Shown here one piece after another: positions 54,650 through 63,948 of a DNA stretch of 64,000 nt. This stretch comes from an uncultured Pseudomonadota bacterium (GTDB taxonomy: Bacteria > Pseudomonadota > Alphaproteobacteria > Rhizobiales > Xanthobacteraceae). The notes under the pieces were generated by a model. The model saw only the letters and a list, made by a program, of their open reading frames with translations, was not told where the DNA came from and ran no database searches. Location: NCBI GenBank assembly GCA_963710705.1, contig CAVQBI010000002.1:490894-554893 (forward strand), written 5' to 3'. The position numbers were made by a program, and so were the translations under genes. Position 1 is the stretch's first letter; every line of letters starts with the position of its first letter.

Positions 54650-55579
54650 CTAATGCATATCGACGTTTGACTGCGAGGCCGGTGTTACCGGCATAGCATT
54701 GGCGGTGCGCTCGCGATTGCGCCGATGCGAATGCGCCGATAGCACATGTCTTGTTGTCGAATGCTGCGCGATTTGCATGGCGGGCTTGCGTGACTGTGCC
54801 ACGCAGAAGCTGTCGACCGCATCGACCACCGCCGCGCCGATCAGCTTTTGACGCTCGGGCGTCTCCATCTGTAATTCCTCGTCGCGATTGGAGATCGAGC
54901 CGGCTTCGAGCAGCGCGGCCGGCATGTGCGCCTTCTTCAGCACGAACAACGTATCGTAGCGATAAACGCCCGCATCGTTGTCCAACAGCGTGCGCCGCCA
55001 GCGGCCCATGAAGCTTTCGGCGTAATGCGGTGTGTATTGCAGGCCGCGCGCCTTCAGTTGCTCGCCGAGCATGCTGCCGAACAGCAGGCTGTCCTTCGGA
55101 TCGATGTTATCGTCCGAGACGAAGATCGCATGGCCTTTGAAGCGGTCGCTGAACGTTTCCGGCTTGCCGTTGTAGTCCCACTTTTCCAGAAACTTGTCGG
55201 GCACCGAATCGTGATGGATCGACAGCAGCAGATTGGCGCCGAGCTCGTTGGCGTGCGCTACGCGCACATACATGCTGCGGACACCGGGGCCGTCGGTCAC
55301 CATCAAGACGGTCTTGGCAAAGCCGGCAACGAGCAGCGCCTGATCGATCACTTTGGCGAGCCGCCGGTTGAAATCGAATTCGTCGGCGCCGCGCGCGCTC
55401 TTCGCGCCAGGCGATTCGGCGGTGTGGCCGACGTCGAGCACGACACGAAAATCTGCGCGAGCGCAGCTTGAGGGTTTCGGTGCAAAGTTTTCCGGTGGTT
55501 CGGCCAGGGCAATGCCGAACGACAGCGCGGACAAGACGGCCGCAATCGATACCGCGAGGATGCGCCGGGAGCGGAGCAT
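54650..55579 (-). CDS. N-acetylmuramoyl-L-alanine amidase (Amidase_3 type), secreted
   Basis: The signal peptide is MLRSRRILAVSIAAVLSALSFGIALA. It has ...VVLDVGHTAESPGA... and ...NLLLSIHHDSV.... The alternative start is ATG 55597. Confidence 0.85.
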   Translation of the reverse strand: MLRSRRILAVSIAAVLSALSFGIALAEPPENFAPKPSSCARADFRVVLDVGHTAESPGAKSARGADEFDFNRRLAKVIDQALLVAGFAKTVLMVTDGPGVRSMYVRVAHANELGANLLLSIHHDSVPDKFLEKWDYNGKPETFSDRFKGHAIFVSDDNIDPKDSLLFGSMLGEQLKARGLQYTPHYAESFMGRWRRTLLDNDAGVYRYDTLFVLKKAHMPAALLEAGSISNRDEELQMETPERQKLIGAAVVDAVDSFCVAQSRKPAMQIAQHSTTRHVLSAHSHRRNRERTANAMPVTPASQSNVDMH

Positions 55580-55637
55580 GCCGCCATCCTGTGACATTTC
55601 CCGCCGGCAGACAATTCGGCCAAAGCGGACCTGTGGA

Positions 55638-56516
55638 CTAGCCCCGCGCCGCGATCGCCTCGGCAATCGCCACGGTGCGGCGCGCCATGTCGGCATGCAG
55701 ACGCTCGACCATGCGGCCATCCATCGAGACCACGCCTTTACCCTTGTTCTCCGGCAGGTCGAAGGCCGCGATCATCTTGCGCGCCTGCCCGACCTCCTCG
55801 GCCGAGGGCGAGAAGGCCTTGTTGCAAGGCTCGATTTGATTGGGATGGATCAGCGTTTTGCCGTCGAAGCCGAGCTCGACGCCCTGCTGGCATTCCTGCA
55901 CGAAGCCTTCGGCATTGCCGATGTCGTTGTAGACGCCGTCGAGAATGTCGATGCCGTAAATGCGAGCGGCCGCCAGACAGGTGGTGAGCCATGCCAACAT
56001 CGGCACGCGGCCGGGCACCAGGCGCGCACGGGTGTCCTTGGCGAGGTCGTTGGTGCCCATGACAAAGCCACTGAGCCGCGTCTCGGAATCGCGCGCCACG
56101 GCCGCAATCGACAGAATGTTGAAGATGGCGAGCGGCGTCTCGATCATCGCCCACACCCGTGTCTTGTGCGGCGTGCCCATGTCGAGCAACCGGCGCCCGA
56201 TCAATTCCAGCGTGTCGGGATTGGCGACCTTCGGCACCAGGATGGCGTCGGGCGCGGCGTGGGCGGCGACGACAAGATCGTCGGCATGCCAAGGCGTATC
56301 GACGCCATTGACGCGGATGAACACCTCGCGCGCACCGAAGCCGCCGGCTTTCACCGCTGCGGCCACCTGGGTCCGCGCCGCTTCCTTGGCGTCGGGTGCG
56401 ACGGAATCTTCCAGGTCGAGGATGACGCCGTCGGCAGCCAGGGTCTTGGCCTTCTCCAGCGCGCGGGCGTTGGAGCCCGGCATGTAGAGCACGCTGCGGC
56501 GGGGACGGATGGTCAT
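55638..56516 (-). CDS. HpcH/HpaI aldolase - citrate lyase beta (CitE)-like CoA-ester lyase
   Basis: MTIRPRRSVLYMPGSNARALEKAKTLAADGVILDLEDSVAP...WAMIETP...GTNDL... matches the CitE/malyl-CoA lyase-like family. The exact substrate cannot be assigned from sequence. Confidence 0.85.
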   Translation of the reverse strand: MTIRPRRSVLYMPGSNARALEKAKTLAADGVILDLEDSVAPDAKEAARTQVAAAVKAGGFGAREVFIRVNGVDTPWHADDLVVAAHAAPDAILVPKVANPDTLELIGRRLLDMGTPHKTRVWAMIETPLAIFNILSIAAVARDSETRLSGFVMGTNDLAKDTRARLVPGRVPMLAWLTTCLAAARIYGIDILDGVYNDIGNAEGFVQECQQGVELGFDGKTLIHPNQIEPCNKAFSPSAEEVGQARKMIAAFDLPENKGKGVVSMDGRMVERLHADMARRTVAIAEAIAARG

Positions 56517-56547
56517 ACCGGCCACTCTATCGGCCGGCCGAAATCGT

Positions 56548-58146
56548 TCAAGGGTTCGCGCGCGCGTATTGCGGGTTGACGATCTTATAAAGCTGGAAGC
56601 GGTCGCCGTCGGCGATGAGCTTCAGGCGCGAGGGATCGGGGTTGGGCGCGTCATCCTCGGTGAACAGCACGTAGAGATAATCGAACTTCGTCCAATTGAG
56701 CCAGAATGCCGGCGTGCCCGGCATCGGATGGCTGGCGGCAACGAGCAATTGCGTGATGGACGGCGGCGTACCGTCGAAGCGGTCGACATAATCGTTGTAT
56801 GCGGGCTTCACGTGCATCACTTGCTTGCCGGACACCGTGAACGCAGTGGTGACCAGTGCCGAGCGCTCGATCATGGCGATACAAGCGGCATGCACGAGGC
56901 CGAGGTCGCGCACGTCTTCGCCGAGCGAGCGGTCGGCATAGGCGACGAACACCTTCGAACCGGGCGCGATGCGCTTGACCGACGAGCGGAACTGGCTAGT
57001 CGAATCCGACAGCTGCGACCAGTTGTAGTCGATCTCCATCAAGCGCATCGAAACCATGACGATGAGGATGGCGACGAAAGCGCGGCGGACCAGACGCCGG
57101 CGCAATTCGAGATCGCCGCAGGCGAGCAGCATGAAGGCAATGCCGAGCGGCACGCGCTGGTCGGTCATGTAAGTGTCGAACATGATGCGCGGCAGAGCGA
57201 AATAGACCGCGCCGCCGACCCCCATCAGCACGAAGACCAGCGGATGAAACCGCAGCACGCGGTGGCGCACCGCCCAAACGATGCTGGCGATCATCGCTGA
57301 GATGATGGCGAAGGCGACGATGTCGGAATAGTCGCTGATGACGTACATCAGGCCGTCGAGCTTGCCGTGCTGGTCCCACCACACTTTGCCGACGAGATCC
57401 ATGGTCGGACTTGCATAGAGCAGCGGGGCAACCGCGAGAAACGGCACTCCGCCGGCAACGAAGTCGACGATACGGAACGGCCACGGCTCGTGGCGCCGAT
57501 CCCACAGCCGCCAGATCTCGAACGACAGCACGCCGATGCCGTAAATACCGAGCGCCGACAGATGGCAGAAGAACAGCACGATGGCGCAGGCGGTCGACAA
57601 GATCATGCGGATCGGCCAGGCGCGCTCGCGCACCGCAACCCAGCCGGCCAGCGCCCACAGCGCGACGCCGATGCCGAAAATGTAGTTCATCAGCCCGACG
57701 AGGAAGTCGTAATTATAAAGCAGCGGAATGGCGAACAGCGGCAGCGCGGACCAGCGGCCGACCAGCGCGCGGTTGAGCGCAAGCGTGCCGGAGATAATGA
57801 GCGCGAACATCGCGACCACGAAGACCTGACCGGCAAGATAGATCTTCATCACCTTCGCCAGCAGCGGGACGATCAGGTCCATGGTCAAATTGGGAATGAC
57901 CTGCCACTGAATTTGATAGTAGTTGGCGAGCTGCGGATCCTGCGCCAGCGTCGCCATCGCGTTCATGCGAGCGAGATGATTGACGTAATCCGACAGCGGC
58001 GGCAGTGGATGTGTCCAGATCGGAATCGAGATCAGGACGGTGAAGGCGGCGGCCATCACCGCGATATGCGCGCCGGAGAAGCCGCCGGTGCGGAGGCGCG
58101 GGATCGACGTCTCTGGCGCAATGATCGGTTTGTTGGGCGACAGCAT
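56548..58146 (-). CDS. polytopic membrane protein (532 aa) with C-terminal soluble domain; GT-C-like architecture, function unknown
   Basis: About 10 hydrophobic segments across the first ~370 aa are followed by a ~150-aa hydrophilic domain. G+C is lower than in the neighbours (two sampled 60-nt lines gave 53% and 57%). Confidence 0.75.
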   Translation of the reverse strand: MLSPNKPIIAPETSIPRLRTGGFSGAHIAVMAAAFTVLISIPIWTHPLPPLSDYVNHLARMNAMATLAQDPQLANYYQIQWQVIPNLTMDLIVPLLAKVMKIYLAGQVFVVAMFALIISGTLALNRALVGRWSALPLFAIPLLYNYDFLVGLMNYIFGIGVALWALAGWVAVRERAWPIRMILSTACAIVLFFCHLSALGIYGIGVLSFEIWRLWDRRHEPWPFRIVDFVAGGVPFLAVAPLLYASPTMDLVGKVWWDQHGKLDGLMYVISDYSDIVAFAIISAMIASIVWAVRHRVLRFHPLVFVLMGVGGAVYFALPRIMFDTYMTDQRVPLGIAFMLLACGDLELRRRLVRRAFVAILIVMVSMRLMEIDYNWSQLSDSTSQFRSSVKRIAPGSKVFVAYADRSLGEDVRDLGLVHAACIAMIERSALVTTAFTVSGKQVMHVKPAYNDYVDRFDGTPPSITQLLVAASHPMPGTPAFWLNWTKFDYLYVLFTEDDAPNPDPSRLKLIADGDRFQLYKIVNPQYARANP

Positions 58147-58279
58147 GTGTTTGATTTGATTCGATTCTCAATTACGCATCGTCCAATTCACCTGAATGGG
58201 CGATGAATATTCGGCTTTTTCGGGTTCCATGGGCGGGCGACGAGGTTGTGGCACGCGCAAAATTACGGGCTTTACCTTA

Positions 58280-59044
58280 ATGAATGCTCCACTTTGGCTG
58301 GCCGGAGTCGATGGCTGTAGGGAGGGCTGGATTGCGGCCTTCGTAGGGCCCGCCGGCGGCGAGGGGTCGATAGCGGTGTTTGGGCGATTTGCCGACGTGT
58401 TGGCAGCACCGCAACAGCCGGCAATCGTGGCAGTCGACGCGCCCATCGGCCTGCCGGAGCAGAGCCCACCGAAAGGTCGATCGGCCGAAAGTGCCATAAG
58501 ACCATTATTGGACGGTCGTAAATCAAGCGTCTTTCGTATCCCCTCACGGGCAGCCGTTTATGCGAGCGTGCCCGACGAAATTAGCGATGAACGGGAGCGA
58601 TTTTTTCGAGCGAGCAAAATTGCTCGTGAGACGTCCGAAGATAGAAAGGCATTCTCGAAACAAGGCTTCTATATTCTTGATAAGGTCGTCGAGGTCGACA
58701 GCTTCCTGCGCGAAAATCCCAAATACATTGCGCGTATTTATGAAACGCATCCCGAACTGGCTTTTTGGCGGCTCAATGGCGAGCGGGCGTTGAGCGAGCC
58801 GAAGAAAGTGAAAAACCGCCCCTACCCGGCCGGGCTTGCTTTGCGCCGGCAGCTCTTGCGCAGCGCCGGCCTGCCGGCCGAATTGATCGATGCAATGCCG
58901 CCCCAGGGCGCCGCGCCCGACGACCTGCTCGATGCGCTGGCCTGCGCGGCCATAGCGCGCCGGATCCATGCCAAGACGGCGCGGCCGTTTCCGGACCCTG
59001 CGCCGCGCGACGCCTACGGATTGCCAATGGCGATCTGGGCGTGA
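58280..59044 (+). CDS. DUF429-family protein (predicted RNase H-like fold)
   Basis: It begins MNAPLWLAGVDGCREGWIAAF...PAIVAVDAPIGLP... and ends ...DDLLDALACAAIARR, matching the DUF429 pattern. The central ~250 nt are markedly AT-rich. Confidence 0.72.
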   Translation: MNAPLWLAGVDGCREGWIAAFVGPAGGEGSIAVFGRFADVLAAPQQPAIVAVDAPIGLPEQSPPKGRSAESAIRPLLDGRKSSVFRIPSRAAVYASVPDEISDERERFFRASKIARETSEDRKAFSKQGFYILDKVVEVDSFLRENPKYIARIYETHPELAFWRLNGERALSEPKKVKNRPYPAGLALRRQLLRSAGLPAELIDAMPPQGAAPDDLLDALACAAIARRIHAKTARPFPDPAPRDAYGLPMAIWA

Positions 59045-59073
59045 TTGTGTGATCACCTCACTGGGCTTCGACG

Positions 59074-59745
59074 ATGTCATTCCCCCAGCAATTGATCGAC
59101 GGCTATCGCGCCTTCCTGATCAGCCGCCTGCGGCACGAACAGGATCGCTATCGCGCGTTGTCGGAAAGCGGGCAGTCGCCGCAGATCATGGTGATCGGCT
59201 GCTGTGACTCGCGCGTGTCGCCGGAGGTGATCTTCGACGCGCGGCCGGGCGAGTTGTTCGTGGTGCGCAATATCGGGAACCTTGTTCCGCCTTACACGCC
59301 GGACGGCGCGCAGCGCGCGGTCTCCGCCGCACTCGAATTCGCCGTGCAGGCGTTGAAGGTGAAGGACATCGTGGTACTCGGCCATGCGCAATGCGGCGGC
59401 ATCCGGGCCTTCGCGGAAGAAGGCTCGCCGCTGTCGCCAGGCGATTTTATCGGACACTGGATGGCGCTCATTGCGCCAGCGGCGAAGGCGGTCGGTCCGC
59501 GCGGCGAACGGCCGCTTGAGCAATACTTGGCGGAGCTCGAGCAGACGTCAGTCGTCAAGACGCTCGACAACCTGATGACGTTCCCCTGCGTGCGGATTCT
59601 TGTCGAACGCGGCAAGCTTACGCTGCACGCCGCCTATTTCGGCGTGGCCACCGGCCAGCTGTCAGTGTGGGACAGGGCAACCGGACGGTTTTCGGCGGTC
59701 GCAGCCGACGATCACGCGCGGCTGTTCGGAAGCGCGAGGTTTTAG
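59074..59745 (+). CDS. beta-class carbonic anhydrase
   Basis: CCDSRV...VVRNIGN...LGHAQCGG carries the Zn ligands Cys/His/Cys of beta-CA. Confidence 0.92.
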   Translation: MSFPQQLIDGYRAFLISRLRHEQDRYRALSESGQSPQIMVIGCCDSRVSPEVIFDARPGELFVVRNIGNLVPPYTPDGAQRAVSAALEFAVQALKVKDIVVLGHAQCGGIRAFAEEGSPLSPGDFIGHWMALIAPAAKAVGPRGERPLEQYLAELEQTSVVKTLDNLMTFPCVRILVERGKLTLHAAYFGVATGQLSVWDRATGRFSAVAADDHARLFGSARF

Positions 59746-60776
59746 GCCGCCTTCTTCTTGGCCTGGATCAGCTTGCGGTTGATCAGTACTTCGGCGATCT
59801 GCACGGCGTTCAACGCGGCACCCTTGCGCAGATTGTCAGAGACCACCCACATCTCGAGGCCATTATCGACCGTCGCATCCTCGCGGATGCGGCTGATATA
59901 GGTCGCGTCCTCGCCGACGCATTCATACGGCGTGACGTAGCCACCCGGTTCACGCTTATCAATCACCAGGCAGCCGGGCGCGTTGCGCAAAATCTCTCGC
60001 GCTTCGTCCGCCGTGATCGGATTCTCGAATTCGATATTGACCGCTTCGGAATGGCCGACGAACACCGGCACGCGCACGCAAGTGGCGGTCAGCTTGATTT
60101 TGGGATCAAGAATCTTCTTGGTCTCCATCATCATTTTCCACTCTTCCTTGGTGTAGCCGTCGTCCATGAACACGTCGATCTGCGGGATCACGTTGAAGGC
60201 GATGCGCTTGGGAAACTTCTTCGTCTCGACCTCGTCGACTGTGAAGATCGCCTTTGTCTGCGAGAACAGCTCGTCCATCGCCTCCTTGCCGGCCCCCGAC
60301 ACCGATTGATAGGTCGCCACCACCACGCGCTTGATCTTGGCCTTGTCGTGCAGCGGCTTGAGCGCGACCACCAATTGCGCGGTCGAACAGTTCGGGTTGG
60401 CGATGATGTTCCTCTTGGCGAAGCCCTTAGCCGCGTCGGCGTTCACCTCCGGCACGATCAGCGGCACGTCGGGATCCATGCGCCAGGCGCTCGAGTTGTC
60501 GATCACTACGGCGCCGGCGGCCGCAATCTTCGGCGACCATTCCTTCGACACGGCACCGCCCGCCGACATCAGGCAAATGTCGACGTCGGAGAAGTCGTAA
60601 TGGTCGAGCGCCTTCACCTTCAGCGTCTTGTCGCCGAAGGAGCACTCGGTGCCCTGGCTACGGCGTGAAGCGATCGCCACCACTTCGTCGGCGGGAAATT
60701 CGCGCTCGGCCAGAATGTCGAGCATTTCGCGCCCGACATTACCGGTGGCGCCCACCACGGCGACTTTGTAACCCAT
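59742..60776 (-). CDS. asd: aspartate-semialdehyde dehydrogenase
   Basis: It has MGYKVAVVGATGNVGREML... and ...IANPNCSTAQLVVALKPL... (active-site Cys). Its stop overlaps the carbonic anhydrase stop. Confidence 0.97.
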   Translation of the reverse strand: MGYKVAVVGATGNVGREMLDILAEREFPADEVVAIASRRSQGTECSFGDKTLKVKALDHYDFSDVDICLMSAGGAVSKEWSPKIAAAGAVVIDNSSAWRMDPDVPLIVPEVNADAAKGFAKRNIIANPNCSTAQLVVALKPLHDKAKIKRVVVATYQSVSGAGKEAMDELFSQTKAIFTVDEVETKKFPKRIAFNVIPQIDVFMDDGYTKEEWKMMMETKKILDPKIKLTATCVRVPVFVGHSEAVNIEFENPITADEAREILRNAPGCLVIDKREPGGYVTPYECVGEDATYISRIREDATVDNGLEMWVVSDNLRKGAALNAVQIAEVLINRKLIQAKKKAA

Positions 60777-60890
60777 TGTTAACGCTCCAAAAACTTTATC
60801 CGGTCAGGACCGCGCCGGTATTACCGGATGGCAGGGCTTCTAAGCGAGAACTGTCCGCAAGACAACGGGAGCTTGCGGGACGATAAGGCC

Positions 60891-61673
60891 ATGCATCCGG
60901 CCCTTTATTCCTGGCGCGAACAGCTGCCTGCCACCCTGGTGCGCATGCTCGCATATCTGGGGGGAATTACGCTGCTGTCCATAGGCGCGGCGCAAATCTT
61001 CCAATCGCGCCCGGCGATCAATCCCATCGAGACGGATGATCGGCCGCAATGGATCGAGATCGAGAAGCCGTTCCCGGCTTTCGCGCTCGCGATTCCCGAA
61101 GCCGCCGCCGCGCCATCGCACTACACGGTCCTGCGCAATCGTGCGGGTGGCGGGCGCAAGGACATTCTCAGCCTGGGTGAGCCGGATAGCGCGGAGCCCT
61201 ACCTACAAGTCGAGATTTACCGGCCGGGCAGCGAGATCCGGCATTTTGCCGGGGCAGCGGCCGAAATCGCCTTATCGGCGGCAGGACTCGGTCCCGCGCA
61301 AACGGGCGGCAAGCAGACGCTCGACAGCAAGTTCGGGCCGCTGGCAATCGTCCCGTTCGAAACGACGAAAGGCATGCCGCGTCACTGCCTCGGCTTCGTG
61401 CGCAGCTATGACGATCCAAGGCTGCAAGTGTCCGGCTGGTTCTGCCAAGGCGGCGCCGACTTCATCGACCGTTCGACGCTCGCCTGCGCGCTCGACCGCC
61501 TGACGCTATTGTCGGCCGGTAGCGAGCCGAAAGTCGGCGCGTTATTCGCGGAAGCCGAACTGCACCGCAGCTTCTGCGGCCAGCACGATCCGATCCTGGC
61601 GCCCACGCCGAAATATCAGCTGTTATGGAAGGCGGCCGCGAGCCGCCCGGAGCTGCGCCGCATCGGACGTTAG
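60891..61673 (+). CDS. hypothetical membrane-anchored protein (260 aa)
   Basis: It starts at ATG 60891 and has one N-terminal TM segment (LVRMLAYLGGITLLSIGAAQIF). The C-terminal part has four Cys (...PRHCLGF...GWFCQGG...LACALD...SFCGQHD). I recognise no family. Confidence 0.6.
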   Translation: MHPALYSWREQLPATLVRMLAYLGGITLLSIGAAQIFQSRPAINPIETDDRPQWIEIEKPFPAFALAIPEAAAAPSHYTVLRNRAGGGRKDILSLGEPDSAEPYLQVEIYRPGSEIRHFAGAAAEIALSAAGLGPAQTGGKQTLDSKFGPLAIVPFETTKGMPRHCLGFVRSYDDPRLQVSGWFCQGGADFIDRSTLACALDRLTLLSAGSEPKVGALFAEAELHRSFCGQHDPILAPTPKYQLLWKAAASRPELRRIGR

Positions 61674-61775
61674 ACTTCGATTAGAATCTCATCCAATGAG
61701 ATTGCTGCGGCGCAGGAACGCTTTCGCGCGACCTTGCAAGATTTGCAATTGACCGCTCCGCCAAATCGTCAGATC

Positions 61776-61793
61776 ATATTCCAATAAGAATAT
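61776..61793. promoter_or_regulatory. palindromic operator-like site ATATTC-N6-GAATAT upstream of the sulfite dehydrogenase genes
   Basis: A perfect 6-bp inverted repeat with a 6-bp spacer lies 55 nt upstream of the sorA-like ATG. It follows the AT-rich palindromes cttgcaag, ttgcaa and caattg (61733-61750). Confidence 0.3.
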
Positions 61794-61847
61794 CTGAAGC
61801 CGCGGCGATGGCCGCAAAGCTTCGCAAAACCTCTGGGGAGAGGAACA

Positions 61848-63071
61848 ATGATCACACGACGTCATGTGCTTTCGACGGCTGGCGCGGGTGCCGCGCTTGC
61901 CTTGTCTGGAGGTTTACCGCGATTTGGCGAAGCCTTTGCCGCCGCGCCGACATCGCCCGGCGTGCCGGATGGCATCGGCAGCTACATCACCATGGGGACG
62001 CTGCCCGGCAAGAAGCCGCTGATTATGCTCTCGGACAAGCCGCCGAACTATGAAACGCCGCTCGAGTACCTGCGCACGCCGATCACGCCCAACGACGAAT
62101 TCTTCGTGCGCTATCACCTCGCCGACATTCCGGAGAAGATCGATCCGGCGACCTACAAGATTGCGGTCGGCGGCGACGGCGCCAACGGGCAAGCCGAGAT
62201 CACACTCGACGACCTGAAGAAAATGCCGGCGGTGGAATTGACCGCGGTGAACCAATGCTCGGGCAACCGGCGCGGTCTGTCGAAGCCGCATGTCGCCGGC
62301 GTCGAATGGGGCTACGGCGCCATGGGCTGTGCGCGCTGGAAAGGCGCCAAGCTCAAGGACGTGCTCGACAAGGTCGGCCTCAAGAAGGAAGCGATCGAAA
62401 TCGCCTTCAACGGCGCCGAGGGTCCGGTGGTCGACAAGACGCCCGACTTCATCAAGAGCATTCCGGTGTGGAAGGCGCTCGATGAGCACACCATCATCGC
62501 TTACGAAATGAACGGGGCGCCGCTACCGCATTTCAACGGCGCGCCGGCGCGCGTCATCGTACCGGGCTGGACCGGCACCTACTGGATGAAGCACGTCATC
62601 ACGATCAACGCGCTGACCAAGCCGCAAGGCGGCTTCTGGATGAAGCCGGCCTATCGCATTCCGGTCGGCAAGTTCCCGGTGCGCGACCGCTTCATCACGC
62701 AGGAGGACGCCACCTCGACGCCGATCACCGAGATCGTCGTCAACTCGTTGATTACTAGCCATCGCGATGGCGCCAAGGTCAAAGCGGGCAAGGTCGAAGT
62801 CAGCGGCTTGGCTTGGGATGGCGGCTACGGCATCCGCACGGTCGAGGTGTCGACCGACGGAGGCAAGAGCTGGGAAAGCGCGTCCTTGGGTAATGATCTC
62901 GGCCCTTACGCGTTCCGGTCGTGGAGCTTCAACCTCGCCGCCAAGAAGGGCAAGAACACGGTCATGGTCATCGCCATCAATAACATCGGCCAGACCCAGA
63001 CCGCCGCCTTGATCTTCAATCCGGCCGGCTACCACAACAACGTGATGCAAAACATCACGCTCATCGCCTAA
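61848..63071 (+). CDS. sorA: molybdopterin-dependent sulfite dehydrogenase/oxidase catalytic subunit (SorA-like), Tat-exported
   Basis: It has a twin-arginine signal (MITRRHVLSTAGAGAALAL...), then ...FFVRYHLADIP...AVNQCSGNRRG...WKGAKLKDVL..., matching the sulfite-oxidase fold with dimerisation domain. A small cytochrome c gene follows. Confidence 0.8.
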   Translation: MITRRHVLSTAGAGAALALSGGLPRFGEAFAAAPTSPGVPDGIGSYITMGTLPGKKPLIMLSDKPPNYETPLEYLRTPITPNDEFFVRYHLADIPEKIDPATYKIAVGGDGANGQAEITLDDLKKMPAVELTAVNQCSGNRRGLSKPHVAGVEWGYGAMGCARWKGAKLKDVLDKVGLKKEAIEIAFNGAEGPVVDKTPDFIKSIPVWKALDEHTIIAYEMNGAPLPHFNGAPARVIVPGWTGTYWMKHVITINALTKPQGGFWMKPAYRIPVGKFPVRDRFITQEDATSTPITEIVVNSLITSHRDGAKVKAGKVEVSGLAWDGGYGIRTVEVSTDGGKSWESASLGNDLGPYAFRSWSFNLAAKKGKNTVMVIAINNIGQTQTAALIFNPAGYHNNVMQNITLIA

Positions 63072-63082
63072 GGGAGCGGACC

Positions 63083-63361
63083 ATGCGGACATACGTATTC
63101 GTCTTCGCCGCCGCACTGATCGCGCTGCCCACCGCGGCCAGCGCGGAGCAGGCGATCAAACTCAAGCCGGGGGCTGGCATGGACAAGGTGGAAAGCAACT
63201 GCCAAGCCTGCCACAGCCTGTCCTATATCCCTATGAACTCGCCCTTCCTGGGGGCGGCGGGATGGGATGCCGAGGTCAACAAGATGATCAACGCCATGGG
63301 CGCGCCGATCGACGCCGCCGACGCCAAGGCGATCAAGGATTATTTGGCTAAAAACTACTGA
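63083..63361 (+). CDS. sorB: monoheme cytochrome c subunit (SorB-like)
   Basis: The 92-aa ORF has a signal peptide and a single CQACH heme-binding motif. It starts 11 nt after the sorA-like stop, with AGGGAG as its RBS. Confidence 0.72.
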   Translation: MRTYVFVFAAALIALPTAASAEQAIKLKPGAGMDKVESNCQACHSLSYIPMNSPFLGAAGWDAEVNKMINAMGAPIDAADAKAIKDYLAKNY

Positions 63362-63385
63362 AACGCGAAAAAGGCCCGCAAATCT

Positions 63386-63413
63386 GGCCCCGCCCGCGCG
63401 GCGGGGCCTTTTT
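63386..63413 (+). terminator. rho-independent terminator after the sorAB-like operon
   Basis: The stem ggccccgcc / ggcggggcc has a 5-nt loop and is followed by TTTTT. Confidence 0.85.
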
Positions 63414-63520
63414 CTATGTGTCGCATTTATGTGCCGCCGGACACTTGGCTGTGATCGGGGCCTATTGCAGCGAACCAAAGCCCGCTACACTGCATTGCAA
63501 TAGGGTTTTGCGAGGAAGTC

Positions 63521-63886
63521 ATGCGGTTGAATAAGTTAGCTGTAGCGTTTGCTTGCGTCGTCGCTGCCGCCGGCCTGCTGTCGGTGCCGGCCAATGCGCA
63601 ACAGACAACGACCACCAAGCAGCGCGTCTACAACAACCGCGACCACACCGTATTCACCAGCCGCGACGAAAACGGCCGTACGCACACCAAGATCATCGTG
63701 CAGAAGCGCTCCTATCTCGATCCGGGCACCGAACCGCTGCCGAGCGAGCGCAATACGCTCGACTACGTGCAAGGTCCCGATCAACGGGCGAACAGCGTGC
63801 TCAACCACACGATTTTCGGCAGCGATATGACGGCGCTGCCCGGGCCGTTCGATTTGCCGAGCAGTTACAATCCCTGGCTTCGCTGA
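63521..63886 (+). CDS. small secreted hypothetical protein (121 aa)
   Basis: The signal peptide is MRLNKLAVAFACVVAAAGLLSVPANAQ. The mature part is hydrophilic. The gene is bracketed by two strong terminators, so it is probably monocistronic. Confidence 0.6.
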   Translation: MRLNKLAVAFACVVAAAGLLSVPANAQQTTTTKQRVYNNRDHTVFTSRDENGRTHTKIIVQKRSYLDPGTEPLPSERNTLDYVQGPDQRANSVLNHTIFGSDMTALPGPFDLPSSYNPWLR

Positions 63887-63911
63887 GGGCGGACATTGGC
63901 CCCAGCGCGAG

Positions 63912-63941
63912 ACGCGGCCTTTAGGGCCGCGTTTTTATTTT
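63912..63941 (+). terminator. rho-independent terminator
   Basis: The stem acgcggcc / ggccgcgt has a 5-nt loop and is followed by TTTTTATTTT. Confidence 0.8.
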
Positions 63942-63948
63942 GTGCGCC

